23,038 nucleotides of DNA, taken from Armatimonadota bacterium (GTDB taxonomy: Bacteria > Armatimonadota > Hebobacteria > CAIYQO01). A program made the translations under genes and the position numbers. Positions within the stretch are counted from its first letter, which is position 1. The number at the start of each line of letters is the position of its first letter. Shown here piece after piece: positions 1 through 7,814 of this stretch. The notes beneath the pieces were generated by a model. That model searched no databases. It was not told where the DNA came from and saw only the letters and a list, made by a program, of their open reading frames with translations. The DNA is taken from the NCBI GenBank assembly GCA_038248345.1, contig JBBRXO010000039.1:1-23038 (forward strand). Reading direction: 5' to 3'.

Positions 1-54
1 ACCTGCGGCCTCTAGGTCCGCAACCTAGCGCTCTATCCGCTGAGCTACGGGCGC
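1..54 (-). tRNA. tRNA-Arg(GCG), 3' end truncated by the window edge
   Basis: Minus strand reads GCGCCCG TA GCTC AGCGGATA GAGC G CTAGG TTGCGGA CCTAG AGGCC GCAGG T. Acceptor 5' strand, D arm with the Arg identity base A20, 5-bp anticodon stem, loop TT-GCG-GA (anticodon at 19-21). Confidence 0.93.
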
Positions 55-73
55 ACAAACTTATTAAACTCTC

Positions 74-170
74 TGGCGGAGAGGCCGGGATTCGAACCCG
101 GGGAGGGAGTTTAAAGCTCCCTCACCCGCTTAGCAGGCGGGCGCCTTCAGCCTGACTCGGCCACCTCTCC
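74..170 (-). tRNA. tRNA-Ser(GCT)
   Basis: GGAGAGG acceptor pairs with CCTCTCC-G-CCA; anticodon arm CCCGC-CTGCTAA-GCGGG; long variable arm GAGGGAG/CTCCCTC; T loop TTCGAAT. Confidence 0.97.
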
Positions 171-181
171 AAGGCGCAATA

Positions 182-210
182 ATAATAACAGAAATCCAAC
201 TTGCTGGCAA
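182..210 (-). promoter_or_regulatory. Sigma70-type promoter for the Ser-Arg tRNA pair
   Basis: Minus strand TTGCCA, 17 nt, TATTAT with an extended -10 TG, ending 11 nt before tRNA-Ser. Confidence 0.7.
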
Positions 211-256
211 GCGATATCCGGCAAATGGGCAGAAAATTTATGAGCTGCACATTCCG

Positions 257-285
257 TTGACACTCCTACACCCATATGCTATATT
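257..285 (+). promoter_or_regulatory. Sigma70-type promoter for tRNA-Pro
   Basis: TTGACA (257-262), 17 nt, TATATT (280-285) with an extended -10 TG. Confidence 0.8.
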
Positions 286-296
286 TAACACGTTGT

Positions 297-373
<77 letters not shown>

Positions 374-401
374 CTTTTTCAAATTGAATTGTTTCAGCAA
401 T

Positions 402-429
402 GACCTTCGCTTCGGCGGGGGTCTTTATT
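402..429 (+). terminator. Intrinsic terminator after tRNA-Pro
   Basis: GACCTTCGC-TTCG-GCGGGGGTC stem (C-UUCG-G loop, G-U pairs) followed by TTTATT. Confidence 0.75.
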
Positions 430-447
430 GTTGCTGGCCGTTGCCCC

Positions 448-477
448 TTGCCCACCCTCCCCACTTCACGGTAGACT
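448..477 (+). promoter_or_regulatory. Putative promoter giving a leaderless HAD mRNA
   Basis: TTGCCC, 18 nt, TAGACT, then 6 nt to the ATG at 484; no Shine-Dalgarno. Confidence 0.5.
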
Positions 478-483
478 ATCAGC

Positions 484-1122
484 ATGAGTATACGAGAAGT
501 AAAAATTGTCGTCTTTGATATCGGCAGGGTGATGATAGAATTGGCCGACGGGTGGTCAGGTGCATGCAAATTGGCTGGTGTTACTCTACATGCAGCTAAT
601 TATCCCCCCACAAAAGCCGCAGAATTTGCCGAACTGGTAGATATATTCGAAGTTGGCAATATTTCATCAGATGAATTCTTTGCGCAGACGGCAGCCCTGC
701 ACGAAAACCGGTACACCATTGCTGAGTTACAACGCATATACGGCAATATAATCCAGGGTGAGTTCCTCGGCATCCAGGAGTTCATTCAGGAGTTGAAGGA
801 TGATGGCCGGCGCACTGCTTGCCTCTCCAACACCAGCGCCTTTCACTGGCCCGTCCTTACCGATCCGGCCCGCTACCCGGGCATCGCCATGCTGGACGCC
901 CAGTACGCCAGCTTTCTGCTGCGCGTACGGAAGCCGGACATGGAGATCTATCGGCAATTTGAGGAGCTTGCGGGGGTAGTAACGGAAGATATCCTTTTCT
1001 TTGATGACCTCCCAAAAAACATCGACGCCGCGCGGGCTGCCGGATGGCGGGCTGTACAGATAATGCCGGACACCCCGCCAGTGCAACAGATGCGCAGAGC
1101 AGTGGGGCTACTTACCGTTTAG
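484..1122 (+). CDS. HAD-superfamily phosphatase, subfamily IA (YihX-like)
   Basis: Motif I VVFDIGRV, motif II CLSNT, motif III RKPD..IY, motif IV FFDD..KNIDAARAAG. Confidence 0.88.
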   Translation: MSIREVKIVVFDIGRVMIELADGWSGACKLAGVTLHAANYPPTKAAEFAELVDIFEVGNISSDEFFAQTAALHENRYTIAELQRIYGNIIQGEFLGIQEFIQELKDDGRRTACLSNTSAFHWPVLTDPARYPGIAMLDAQYASFLLRVRKPDMEIYRQFEELAGVVTEDILFFDDLPKNIDAARAAGWRAVQIMPDTPPVQQMRRAVGLLTV

Positions 1123-1807
1123 CATTCACCCCACGAGTGACGAAGATATCCGGCTTCACCCAGCTATGGATATGCCAGAGCACCACACCGATGATAGCGA
1201 ATTCAGGGTCACCGATGGCAATCTGGATGGGCTGATACTTCGGATTAAAGGGCATCAGCACCAGCCGATCAGCATCACGCGCCAGACACTTGATAGTTAC
1301 CTCGTCACCCAGCCGCGCCACCACTACCTGGCCATTATCGGCGCTCTCCTGTCCGCGTACCCCCACTACATCGCCAGGGAGGAGGTGGGGCCACATACTA
1401 TCGCCCACTACGTTCAGTGTGAAGTCAGTACGCGCGGCAAACTCCTGCGCAACCGGAAAGCTTTCGGTGGCGGCCAGCGTAGCCAACCGCCAGTTGCCGC
1501 CGGGGACCTCACCCAATAGTGGCGCTTGTGCAAAGGTAGTAGAGAATTGCTGTGCCGGAACCGGACGTGGCAACCCGCTAACCTGCTGCATAGGGGGGTA
1601 GTTCGCCGCCACTAACAAAGCTGCCGGATCAATGCCCAGGGCACCGGTGAACTGCAGCAACTTGCCCATACTGGGCGTCTGCCCCAGGCACATATTACTG
1701 ATATACCCCGGGCTTATCCGTGTGCGTTTGGCCGCCTCGCGCTGCGATATCCCCAGCCGAATGAGCGTTGCGGTTACCTCCCGGCCAAATTCGCGTGATA
1801 CTGGCAT
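1112..1807 (-). CDS. XRE-type HTH plus S24 peptidase (LexA/phage CI-like repressor)
   Basis: N-terminal HTH (ISQREAAKRTRISPGYISNM); C-terminal S24 domain with GDSM serine, DNGQVVVA and TIK lysine; ends IIGVVL. Confidence 0.88.
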   Translation of the reverse strand: MPVSREFGREVTATLIRLGISQREAAKRTRISPGYISNMCLGQTPSMGKLLQFTGALGIDPAALLVAANYPPMQQVSGLPRPVPAQQFSTTFAQAPLLGEVPGGNWRLATLAATESFPVAQEFAARTDFTLNVVGDSMWPHLLPGDVVGVRGQESADNGQVVVARLGDEVTIKCLARDADRLVLMPFNPKYQPIQIAIGDPEFAIIGVVLWHIHSWVKPDIFVTRGVNAKR

Positions 1808-1808
1808 T

Positions 1809-4244
1809 TTAATTCGTTACCTTATCCACATCTGCATAAAGGTTACGCCGTTCCGTTTTTGCCACTACCGCCAGTTCGCGTAATGCGGCAACACCGCGGC
1901 GTGCCTGGGTATCAGAGGGCTTAACTCCAGCATACCGCGTACGGACATACAGCTCCGATATCTCCGCCACTAACAAGCCCATCGGCTCATTTATCTCACG
2001 AAAACTCAGCTCAAATTCACTGGCCGTCAATCCTGTGGGTTTTACTACCCCCCATTGCTCCAGCCAGCGGTGCATACATCGGTACGTGGCATTCACTACA
2101 TGTTCCGCCTGCTCTGGCATCAGCTCTTCTTTCGGCAGACGTGGCGGACGAGCGCTACGTAGATACACGATCAGGGTAATTACACCACCGATTAACAGTA
2201 TCACGATGATGGAATAGATACGGAAACGCAGGTCGGTGCGGAAGTTATTCCATAACCCCGCCACAAAATTCTTTGCTGTCGTCAAACCATCGATAAAGCC
2301 ACCCCAGATAGATTCCCAGCCTGTTGGAATGGGGGTAGAACCAGCAGTTGGGTCAGCGGGATACCAGCCATAACTCGGCAGGAATACCTCTACCCAGGCA
2401 TGTGCATGTTCGGCCTTTACACTATATGTGGTCATCCCTGCCTGCTGTTCTGCACCTGCCACCGGATCTCCAGTGGCAAAGCCAACTACAAAACGTGCCG
2501 GGATATCCACAGAACGGCAGAGCATCACCATGGCTCCTGCGAAGTAAACGCAGTACCCCTTCTTGGTATTGAAAAGAAAGTCGATCGTTGGATCTTCATT
2601 ATTTTTTGATCTACCCGGTTTCAATGTGTATTTGAAATTCATAGCCAAATATGACTGGAGAGCATTCACCACATTGATCTCATATTTTTCGTCCTTTTTG
2701 ATCTTCTTCTCATCAATTATTTGGCGGGCCAGTGTCCGAATCCGCTCGGCATTAGTCGTGGAAAAATCTGAGCTACTCGCCATATCGGTATATCTCTTCT
2801 CATCCTGCGCTGGCAGACTCACCTTGGTATCCAAAATCATCGAGTACGGCGAAGGTTTATTTATCGACACTACCTGATAGCTATCAATCGGCTTGCCACG
2901 ACTTCTACTCCTACGCGTCATAAACACCGAGCTATCATCCGCGACTATCGGGAGGAGATTATCGCTGTAATTTCCGCTGACAAACACCCCCTGGTATGCA
3001 CAATGTATCGGCTCTTCTGGGGCAGCAAGCACCGGATTCTTCAGCACGATGGACTGAAAGAGAATATCACGTGGCAAATCCACGCCGCCGGTGTTTTTTG
3101 TAAAACTTATCTCAATCTTACCTTCTTTGACTCCTTCAACTATTCCCGGATCGATACCCTCAATCCCAGCTATTATGCTATCCTGCTTCCCTGTAGTCTT
3201 TTGCGGGGCATTGTACCATTCAACCTGCTCGCCTATAGAAGTGTTGTCTATCAGAGCGGGCGTCAGCAATGACGCTGCCCCCATGTCTTGTATCCCACTC
3301 AGCCAGTCCCTTCTTTTATTGACCCAGCTGCCTTTCTCGTACTCTGCATATGACGTCGCCCGCCAGAGATAGTTTCCGGATCTGCTCTGTGGCACCGAAA
3401 TGAGCATCACCTCAGCTTTGCTGGTAGGCCAACCAATATCGCCCATGGTGACGTGATCCTTTACAGCCAGTGATACTTGCGCGTTGGGGAAACCGGGCAG
3501 TGACATCGTGGGCGGGCGCACATTGCGATACATCCGTGCAGAAAGCGCTGGTAGATTTATCGGCTGCATGAGAAACCCCAGCACCACCGCGATGGGGAAC
3601 AGAACAGCCACAAACTTCATGATCTGCCAGAAAATTCGGCGTTGCACCCGTAACGGCGGAAAGATGGTGAACCACCGTTGCGTCTGCTCCATACTGATAA
3701 TGTAGAGAGTAGTGATGCAGAAGAGTAGCAATGTAACCAACATCATTGGTTGATTTGCCATAGATGGTGTGCCGGACAGTCGATTTATTACCGAGAAAAA
3801 TAAGAGGATTGCAAAGCTGGGGATCGGAGTCTGCAATATCTCCTGCGGTGTAACCAGCACGAAAGCACGCCCGGCGGCGAGGAAAGTAAAGACCTTGAGC
3901 AGGGCATTGAAACGCGCCATCGAATCGACAGCCAAGAGGGACGTTTGGAAATCGTTCCAGTCAATAGCCAGGCCGGGGTCATCTTTCAACAACGCCCAGG
4001 TAATCCCAATAAGCGGCACCATCACCATCAAATTGAGGAATATTCGATTGTAGCTCCGCTGGCGGAAATATAGACTGGCCGGGACACCCAGCAGAATAAT
4101 CACTACCACAATATTGAAGAGCGGAGGAGTGAGGATTGACCGCGCAACGAGAGTAGGCGCCAACATATTTATCCCTACCATCAGGTAAGGTAGCCATGCA
4201 TCGCGCCAGGTCAACGGCCTTTCTTTCAGAATCGGCACTGTCAT
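1809..4244 (-). CDS. TgpA-family membrane transglutaminase-like protein (N-terminal TM region, transglutaminase core, C-terminal TM and DUF4129-like tail)
   Basis: Multiple N-terminal hydrophobic helices, YLWR motif, GYCVYFAGAMVMLCRSVDIPARFVVGF, HAWVEV and DPT giving an intact Cys-His-Asp triad, LYVRTRYA tail. Confidence 0.88.
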   Translation of the reverse strand: MTVPILKERPLTWRDAWLPYLMVGINMLAPTLVARSILTPPLFNIVVVIILLGVPASLYFRQRSYNRIFLNLMVMVPLIGITWALLKDDPGLAIDWNDFQTSLLAVDSMARFNALLKVFTFLAAGRAFVLVTPQEILQTPIPSFAILLFFSVINRLSGTPSMANQPMMLVTLLLFCITTLYIISMEQTQRWFTIFPPLRVQRRIFWQIMKFVAVLFPIAVVLGFLMQPINLPALSARMYRNVRPPTMSLPGFPNAQVSLAVKDHVTMGDIGWPTSKAEVMLISVPQSRSGNYLWRATSYAEYEKGSWVNKRRDWLSGIQDMGAASLLTPALIDNTSIGEQVEWYNAPQKTTGKQDSIIAGIEGIDPGIVEGVKEGKIEISFTKNTGGVDLPRDILFQSIVLKNPVLAAPEEPIHCAYQGVFVSGNYSDNLLPIVADDSSVFMTRRSRSRGKPIDSYQVVSINKPSPYSMILDTKVSLPAQDEKRYTDMASSSDFSTTNAERIRTLARQIIDEKKIKKDEKYEINVVNALQSYLAMNFKYTLKPGRSKNNEDPTIDFLFNTKKGYCVYFAGAMVMLCRSVDIPARFVVGFATGDPVAGAEQQAGMTTYSVKAEHAHAWVEVFLPSYGWYPADPTAGSTPIPTGWESIWGGFIDGLTTAKNFVAGLWNNFRTDLRFRIYSIIVILLIGGVITLIVYLRSARPPRLPKEELMPEQAEHVVNATYRCMHRWLEQWGVVKPTGLTASEFELSFREINEPMGLLVAEISELYVRTRYAGVKPSDTQARRGVAALRELAVVAKTERRNLYADVDKVTN

Positions 4245-4250
4245 AAGGTA

Positions 4251-4280
4251 ATTATAGCGCAGAATCCAGGAATTGCGTAA
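4251..4280 (-). promoter_or_regulatory. Putative promoter giving a leaderless tgpA-like mRNA
   Basis: Minus strand TTACGC, 18 nt, perfect TATAAT, 6 nt, ATG at 4244; no Shine-Dalgarno. Confidence 0.55.
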
Positions 4281-4441
4281 TATGTCAGGCTATGATTCTG
4301 TATACAGTGCTATTCAGCACTTCTTCGCTAACGGATTATTAACCATTTGCTAACAACTACTTTTCTCTTTTCCGGTATTTTTGTAGAATGATTCCCGTAA
4401 TGCACGTGAAAGTAGTAATATAGTAGAAATGGAGGCTTTGC

Positions 4442-5725
4442 ATGGCTGTTGATACAAGTATAGTATACGCTCTAGTATTGGGGGGCGGTGTGGGAACACG
4501 TCTGTACCCGCTAACGAAAGATAGATCGAAGCCAGCCGTGCCGTTGGCGGGCAAATATCGTTTGATCGATGTGCCGGTAAGTAACTGCATCAATTCAAAG
4601 ATCGGCAAAATATTCGTCCTTACGCAGTTCAACACCCAGTCATTGCATCGTCACATTCATAATACTTACAAATTCGACATCTTCTCCGAGAACTTCGTAG
4701 AGATCCTCGCCGCTGAACAGACGGCGGGGAAGAATGAATGGTACCAGGGCACCGCCGATGCAGTACGGCGTAACCTGTGGCATCTCACCGACCAGAATGT
4801 CGACCGCGTGTTGATCCTCTCGGGCGATCAGCTTTACCGCATGGATTTTCGTGACATTATGGAAACGCATGATAAAATGCGTGCCGAAGTCACCCTCGCC
4901 GCTACTATTCGCCGCCCCGACCAGGTGGAAGGGTTCGGTATCCTCAAGGTAGATCGCCATTTCCGCGTAGTAGAGTTCGTGGAAAAGCCTAACAAAGCCG
5001 AATTACGCGATCTGATCATTCAGGGGGAAGACCTTGCTCCACTGGGCGTGAAGGCAGAAGGTCCTGTTGTATTGGCCTCTATGGGGATTTACCTCTTTAA
5101 TCGTACCCGGCTAGAGCTGGCGCTGGATAATGAGAACGCTGATTTCGGCCGTAACGTCATCCCCTGGGCGATTGAACATATGCGCGTATTCGTACACCCA
5201 TACATGGGATATTGGGAGGATGTCGGTACCATCAGCTCATTCTTCAGTACCCATATGGATTTAGTCAGCAAAAAGCCGCTCTTTGACTTTTATGAGTCCG
5301 GACGGCCCATTTACACTAACCCGCGCTTCCTGCCAAACGGAAAAGTCACCGGGAACAGCAAAATAACTGATGCTATCATCAGCGATGGCTGCATGATTGA
5401 ATCCGCCACCATCGAGCAGTCTGTCATCGGTGTGCGCAGTATCATCGGCACTGGTAGTGTGCTGCGTGAAGTGGTGATGATGGGGCAAGATACTTACGAA
5501 ACAGATGAACAAAAAATGGATAATGCCGGAATGCCCGGGCGTGGCATCGGCTGTAACTGCCAGATAACCCGTGCTATCATCGATAAAAATGCCCGCATCG
5601 GCGACGGCGTCATCATCACCTCCCATCTGAATCGCCCTAATGAAGACGGTGATTGCTACTGTGTCCGTGACGGCGTGGTAATAATCCCGAAAAATGCAGT
5701 AATCCCGGAAGGGCGGAAGATATAG
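4442..5725 (+). CDS. glgC: Glucose-1-phosphate adenylyltransferase (ADP-glucose pyrophosphorylase)
   Basis: LGGGVGTRLYPLT..RSKPAVP, WYQGTADAVR, LSGDQLY, FVEKP, ASMGIY, YWEDVGT, left-handed beta-helix C-terminus; GGAGG RBS. Confidence 0.96.
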   Translation: MAVDTSIVYALVLGGGVGTRLYPLTKDRSKPAVPLAGKYRLIDVPVSNCINSKIGKIFVLTQFNTQSLHRHIHNTYKFDIFSENFVEILAAEQTAGKNEWYQGTADAVRRNLWHLTDQNVDRVLILSGDQLYRMDFRDIMETHDKMRAEVTLAATIRRPDQVEGFGILKVDRHFRVVEFVEKPNKAELRDLIIQGEDLAPLGVKAEGPVVLASMGIYLFNRTRLELALDNENADFGRNVIPWAIEHMRVFVHPYMGYWEDVGTISSFFSTHMDLVSKKPLFDFYESGRPIYTNPRFLPNGKVTGNSKITDAIISDGCMIESATIEQSVIGVRSIIGTGSVLREVVMMGQDTYETDEQKMDNAGMPGRGIGCNCQITRAIIDKNARIGDGVIITSHLNRPNEDGDCYCVRDGVVIIPKNAVIPEGRKI

Positions 5726-5747
5726 CAGATTAGGGCCTATGCTAAAA

Positions 5748-5776
5748 TTGACACCAGCCTCCCAATATGCTACACT
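5748..5776 (+). promoter_or_regulatory. Promoter of infC-rpmI-rplT
   Basis: TTGACA, 17 nt, TACACT with an extended -10 TG. Confidence 0.8.
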
Positions 5777-5780
5777 TCAT

Positions 5781-5814
5781 CAAAATGTCGGAAGTTAATT
5801 CCGGCATTTTGTTT
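5781..5814 (+). promoter_or_regulatory. 5' leader hairpin of the infC operon
   Basis: 13-bp stem CAAAATGTCGGAA/TTCCGGCATTTTG with a GTTAA loop, followed by TTT. Confidence 0.5.
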
Positions 5815-5840
5815 GACTATCCTGGCGGAGGTGCATAAAC

Positions 5841-6473
5841 ATTAACAAACAACTTCGTGTGAACGACCGAATTCGGGTGCGCGACGTTCGTCTTATTGAC
5901 GAAGACGGACATCAGGCGGGCATTGTCTTGACGCGTGATGCGTTACAGCGAGCAAAAGACGCTGGGTTGGATCTGATTGAGGTTTCTCCCAACGCTAACC
6001 CGCCGGTATGCAGAATTATGGACTATGGAAAGTTTAAATACGAGCAAGCAAAACGCGACAAAGAAGCCCATAAGCGGGTGAAGCAAAGTGAGCTGGCGCT
6101 CATTCGCCTGCGCCCAAATATTGATGACCACGATTTCGAATTCAAGCTAAAGAATACCCGCAAGTTCATCGGCGAAGGCGATAAAGTCCGCATTTTTGTA
6201 ATATTCCGCAGCCGTGAGTTCTCGCACCCGGAATTTGGCCGCAATCTGCTGCAGAAATTCATTGACGGCACAGCGGATATCGCCAATGTAGAGAAGACTA
6301 TCGGGATGGAAGGTCGGCAAATGAGCCTGGTGATTGCACCGAAACAGGCCGTATTGCCCGCAAAGCCGCCGAAAGAGCCGAAAGCTCCCAAGCCTGTCGC
6401 TGCTGCGCCCGCCCCGACAGCCATGGCTGCCGCACTGGAAGTCGCAGGAGCCACCACTGTCGAGGAAAACTAA
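5841..6473 (+). CDS. infC: Translation initiation factor IF-3, ATT start codon
   Basis: RVNDRIR..VRLID, LDLIEVSP..PPVCRIMDYGKFKYE, GDKV, MEGRQM. GGAGGTG RBS at 5827-5833 precedes an in-frame ATT at 5841, 18 nt upstream of the ORF-track GTG. Confidence 0.96.
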   Translation: MNKQLRVNDRIRVRDVRLIDEDGHQAGIVLTRDALQRAKDAGLDLIEVSPNANPPVCRIMDYGKFKYEQAKRDKEAHKRVKQSELALIRLRPNIDDHDFEFKLKNTRKFIGEGDKVRIFVIFRSREFSHPEFGRNLLQKFIDGTADIANVEKTIGMEGRQMSLVIAPKQAVLPAKPPKEPKAPKPVAAAPAPTAMAAALEVAGATTVEEN

Positions 6474-6561
6474 TTTATTGTGTATCGCCTACCTCGCGCA
6501 TGATGCAGGTAGGTAATAATATGTATCTATAGGCGATAGCCTGGAAAGGAGTGTCAGTTCC

Positions 6562-6765
6562 GTGAAAAATAAGATGCGCACCCGCAAATCTGCGGCCAAA
6601 CGTATGGAGTATACCGGTACCGGTAAGATTAAGTTCCGCTCAAACTTCAACAGCCACTTACTCACCCGTAAAAGCTCCGCACGCAAACGCAAACTGCAAA
6701 TGGCGAAAATTCTCAGCCCCGACCTGGCGGCTGGCGTGAAGACTATGTTACCTTACGGTCAATAG
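6562..6765 (+). CDS. rpmI: 50S ribosomal protein L35
   Basis: KMRTRKSAAKR..TGTGKI..HLLTRKS..RKRKL..MLPY; lies between infC and rplT; AAGGAG RBS, GTG start. Confidence 0.95.
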   Translation: MKNKMRTRKSAAKRMEYTGTGKIKFRSNFNSHLLTRKSSARKRKLQMAKILSPDLAAGVKTMLPYGQ

Positions 6766-6853
6766 TCTCACTGAACAAGTGCCCTCCACTTGAGGATGGG
6801 CCTCCGTAACCCCGGTGATCGTACCGGTGGGATTCGAGAAAGGATAGAAAAAT

Positions 6854-7213
6854 ATGCCTCGCGTAAAACGTGGTGCTACCACTCACAAACGCCATAAACG
6901 CATCTTAAAAGATGCATCCGGATACTGGGGCGGCCGAAGCCGCCTTATCAAAACAGCAAAAGAAGCTGTGATGAAAGCTCTCGATGACGCTTTCCGCGGT
7001 CGTAAACGCCGCAAGCGCGATTTTCGACGCTTATGGATCGCCCGCATCAATGCCGGATGCCGCATGCACGGCCTGACCTACAACCGGTTCATCTTCGCCC
7101 TCAACAAATTGGGCATGGCAGTGAACCGCAAAATGCTCTCGGAAGTCGCCATCAATGACCCGCAGTCCTTCGCCACATTGTGTGCCAAGGCCAGCGCCAT
7201 CCTGGTTGGCTAA
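6854..7213 (+). CDS. rplT: 50S ribosomal protein L20
   Basis: MPRVKRG..GYWG.RS..RKRRKRDFRRLWIARINA..NRKMLSEVAI. Confidence 0.97.
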   Translation: MPRVKRGATTHKRHKRILKDASGYWGGRSRLIKTAKEAVMKALDDAFRGRKRRKRDFRRLWIARINAGCRMHGLTYNRFIFALNKLGMAVNRKMLSEVAINDPQSFATLCAKASAILVG

Positions 7214-7236
7214 CTAGAGCTATCGCGATACAGTAC

Positions 7237-7277
7237 ATAGCGGGCGTCTTTCTCCGGGAAGACGCCCGCTATTTTGT
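7237..7277 (+). terminator. Intrinsic terminator of the infC operon
   Basis: 16-bp stem ATAGCGGGCGTCTTTC/GGAAGACGCCCGCTAT followed by TTTGT. Confidence 0.85.
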
Positions 7278-7360
7278 ATCACCCATCCCCTGCACATGAT
7301 AGAAATATACCTGTATAATGATACAAAAGCTTGACGGAAATACCGTTGAAGGAGTATACC

Positions 7361-7744
7361 ATGCTTGCATTTGAAATCACCGCTATTGTGGTGCTGATAC
7401 TAATCGGGATATTACTAGTCATTGAACTATTCGCAATGACAGCGTTGTTGCTATCTATTAAGAACATGTCAGATAAAATACAGGAAGATATCGTCCCCTT
7501 GCTGGAGAAGGGCGGGCAACTACTGGATACAATGAATAAGGTGGCCGAGGATGTGCAACGAAAGTCGGAGCGCGTAACAGAAACTACCGCGCACACTGCT
7601 GAAACTATATCCGAAGGCCTCGCGGATACCTCGCGAATAGCACAAAAAGTAGTTACTACCCCCATCTTCTCCGGCATGGCATTATTCACCGGCGTTAAGC
7701 GTGCCTTTGCCATCTGGAAAAAGGCGCATGCAAGTCGAAAATAG
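7361..7744 (+). CDS. Membrane-anchored helical protein, DUF948/YoxC-like
   Basis: AAGGAG RBS before ATG 7361; long N-terminal TM helix, amphipathic coiled region, C-terminal GVKRAF motif. Confidence 0.7.
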   Translation: MLAFEITAIVVLILIGILLVIELFAMTALLLSIKNMSDKIQEDIVPLLEKGGQLLDTMNKVAEDVQRKSERVTETTAHTAETISEGLADTSRIAQKVVTTPIFSGMALFTGVKRAFAIWKKAHASRK

Positions 7745-7814
7745 GTGAAACTATTCATGCATCGTTGCGTATTAATCTAAAGTGCGAACGAAAAACTATG
7801 TCTGGGAGGAAAAT

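Noticed and set aside
101..124. Long variable arm of tRNA-Ser as a sign of tRNA-Sec or an intron
   Set aside because: Anticodon is GCT with a 7-bp acceptor stem; long arms are normal for Ser(GCT).
7311..7326. CTGT-ATAATGAT-ACAA, a near match to the E. coli SOS box over a TATAAT
   Set aside because: One mismatch, single occurrence, the downstream gene is not a repair gene, and the local repressor has an XRE HTH rather than a LexA wHTH.
7279..7758. 159-aa minus-strand ORF
   Set aside because: Antisense shadow of the DUF948-like gene, which has the RBS and TM architecture.
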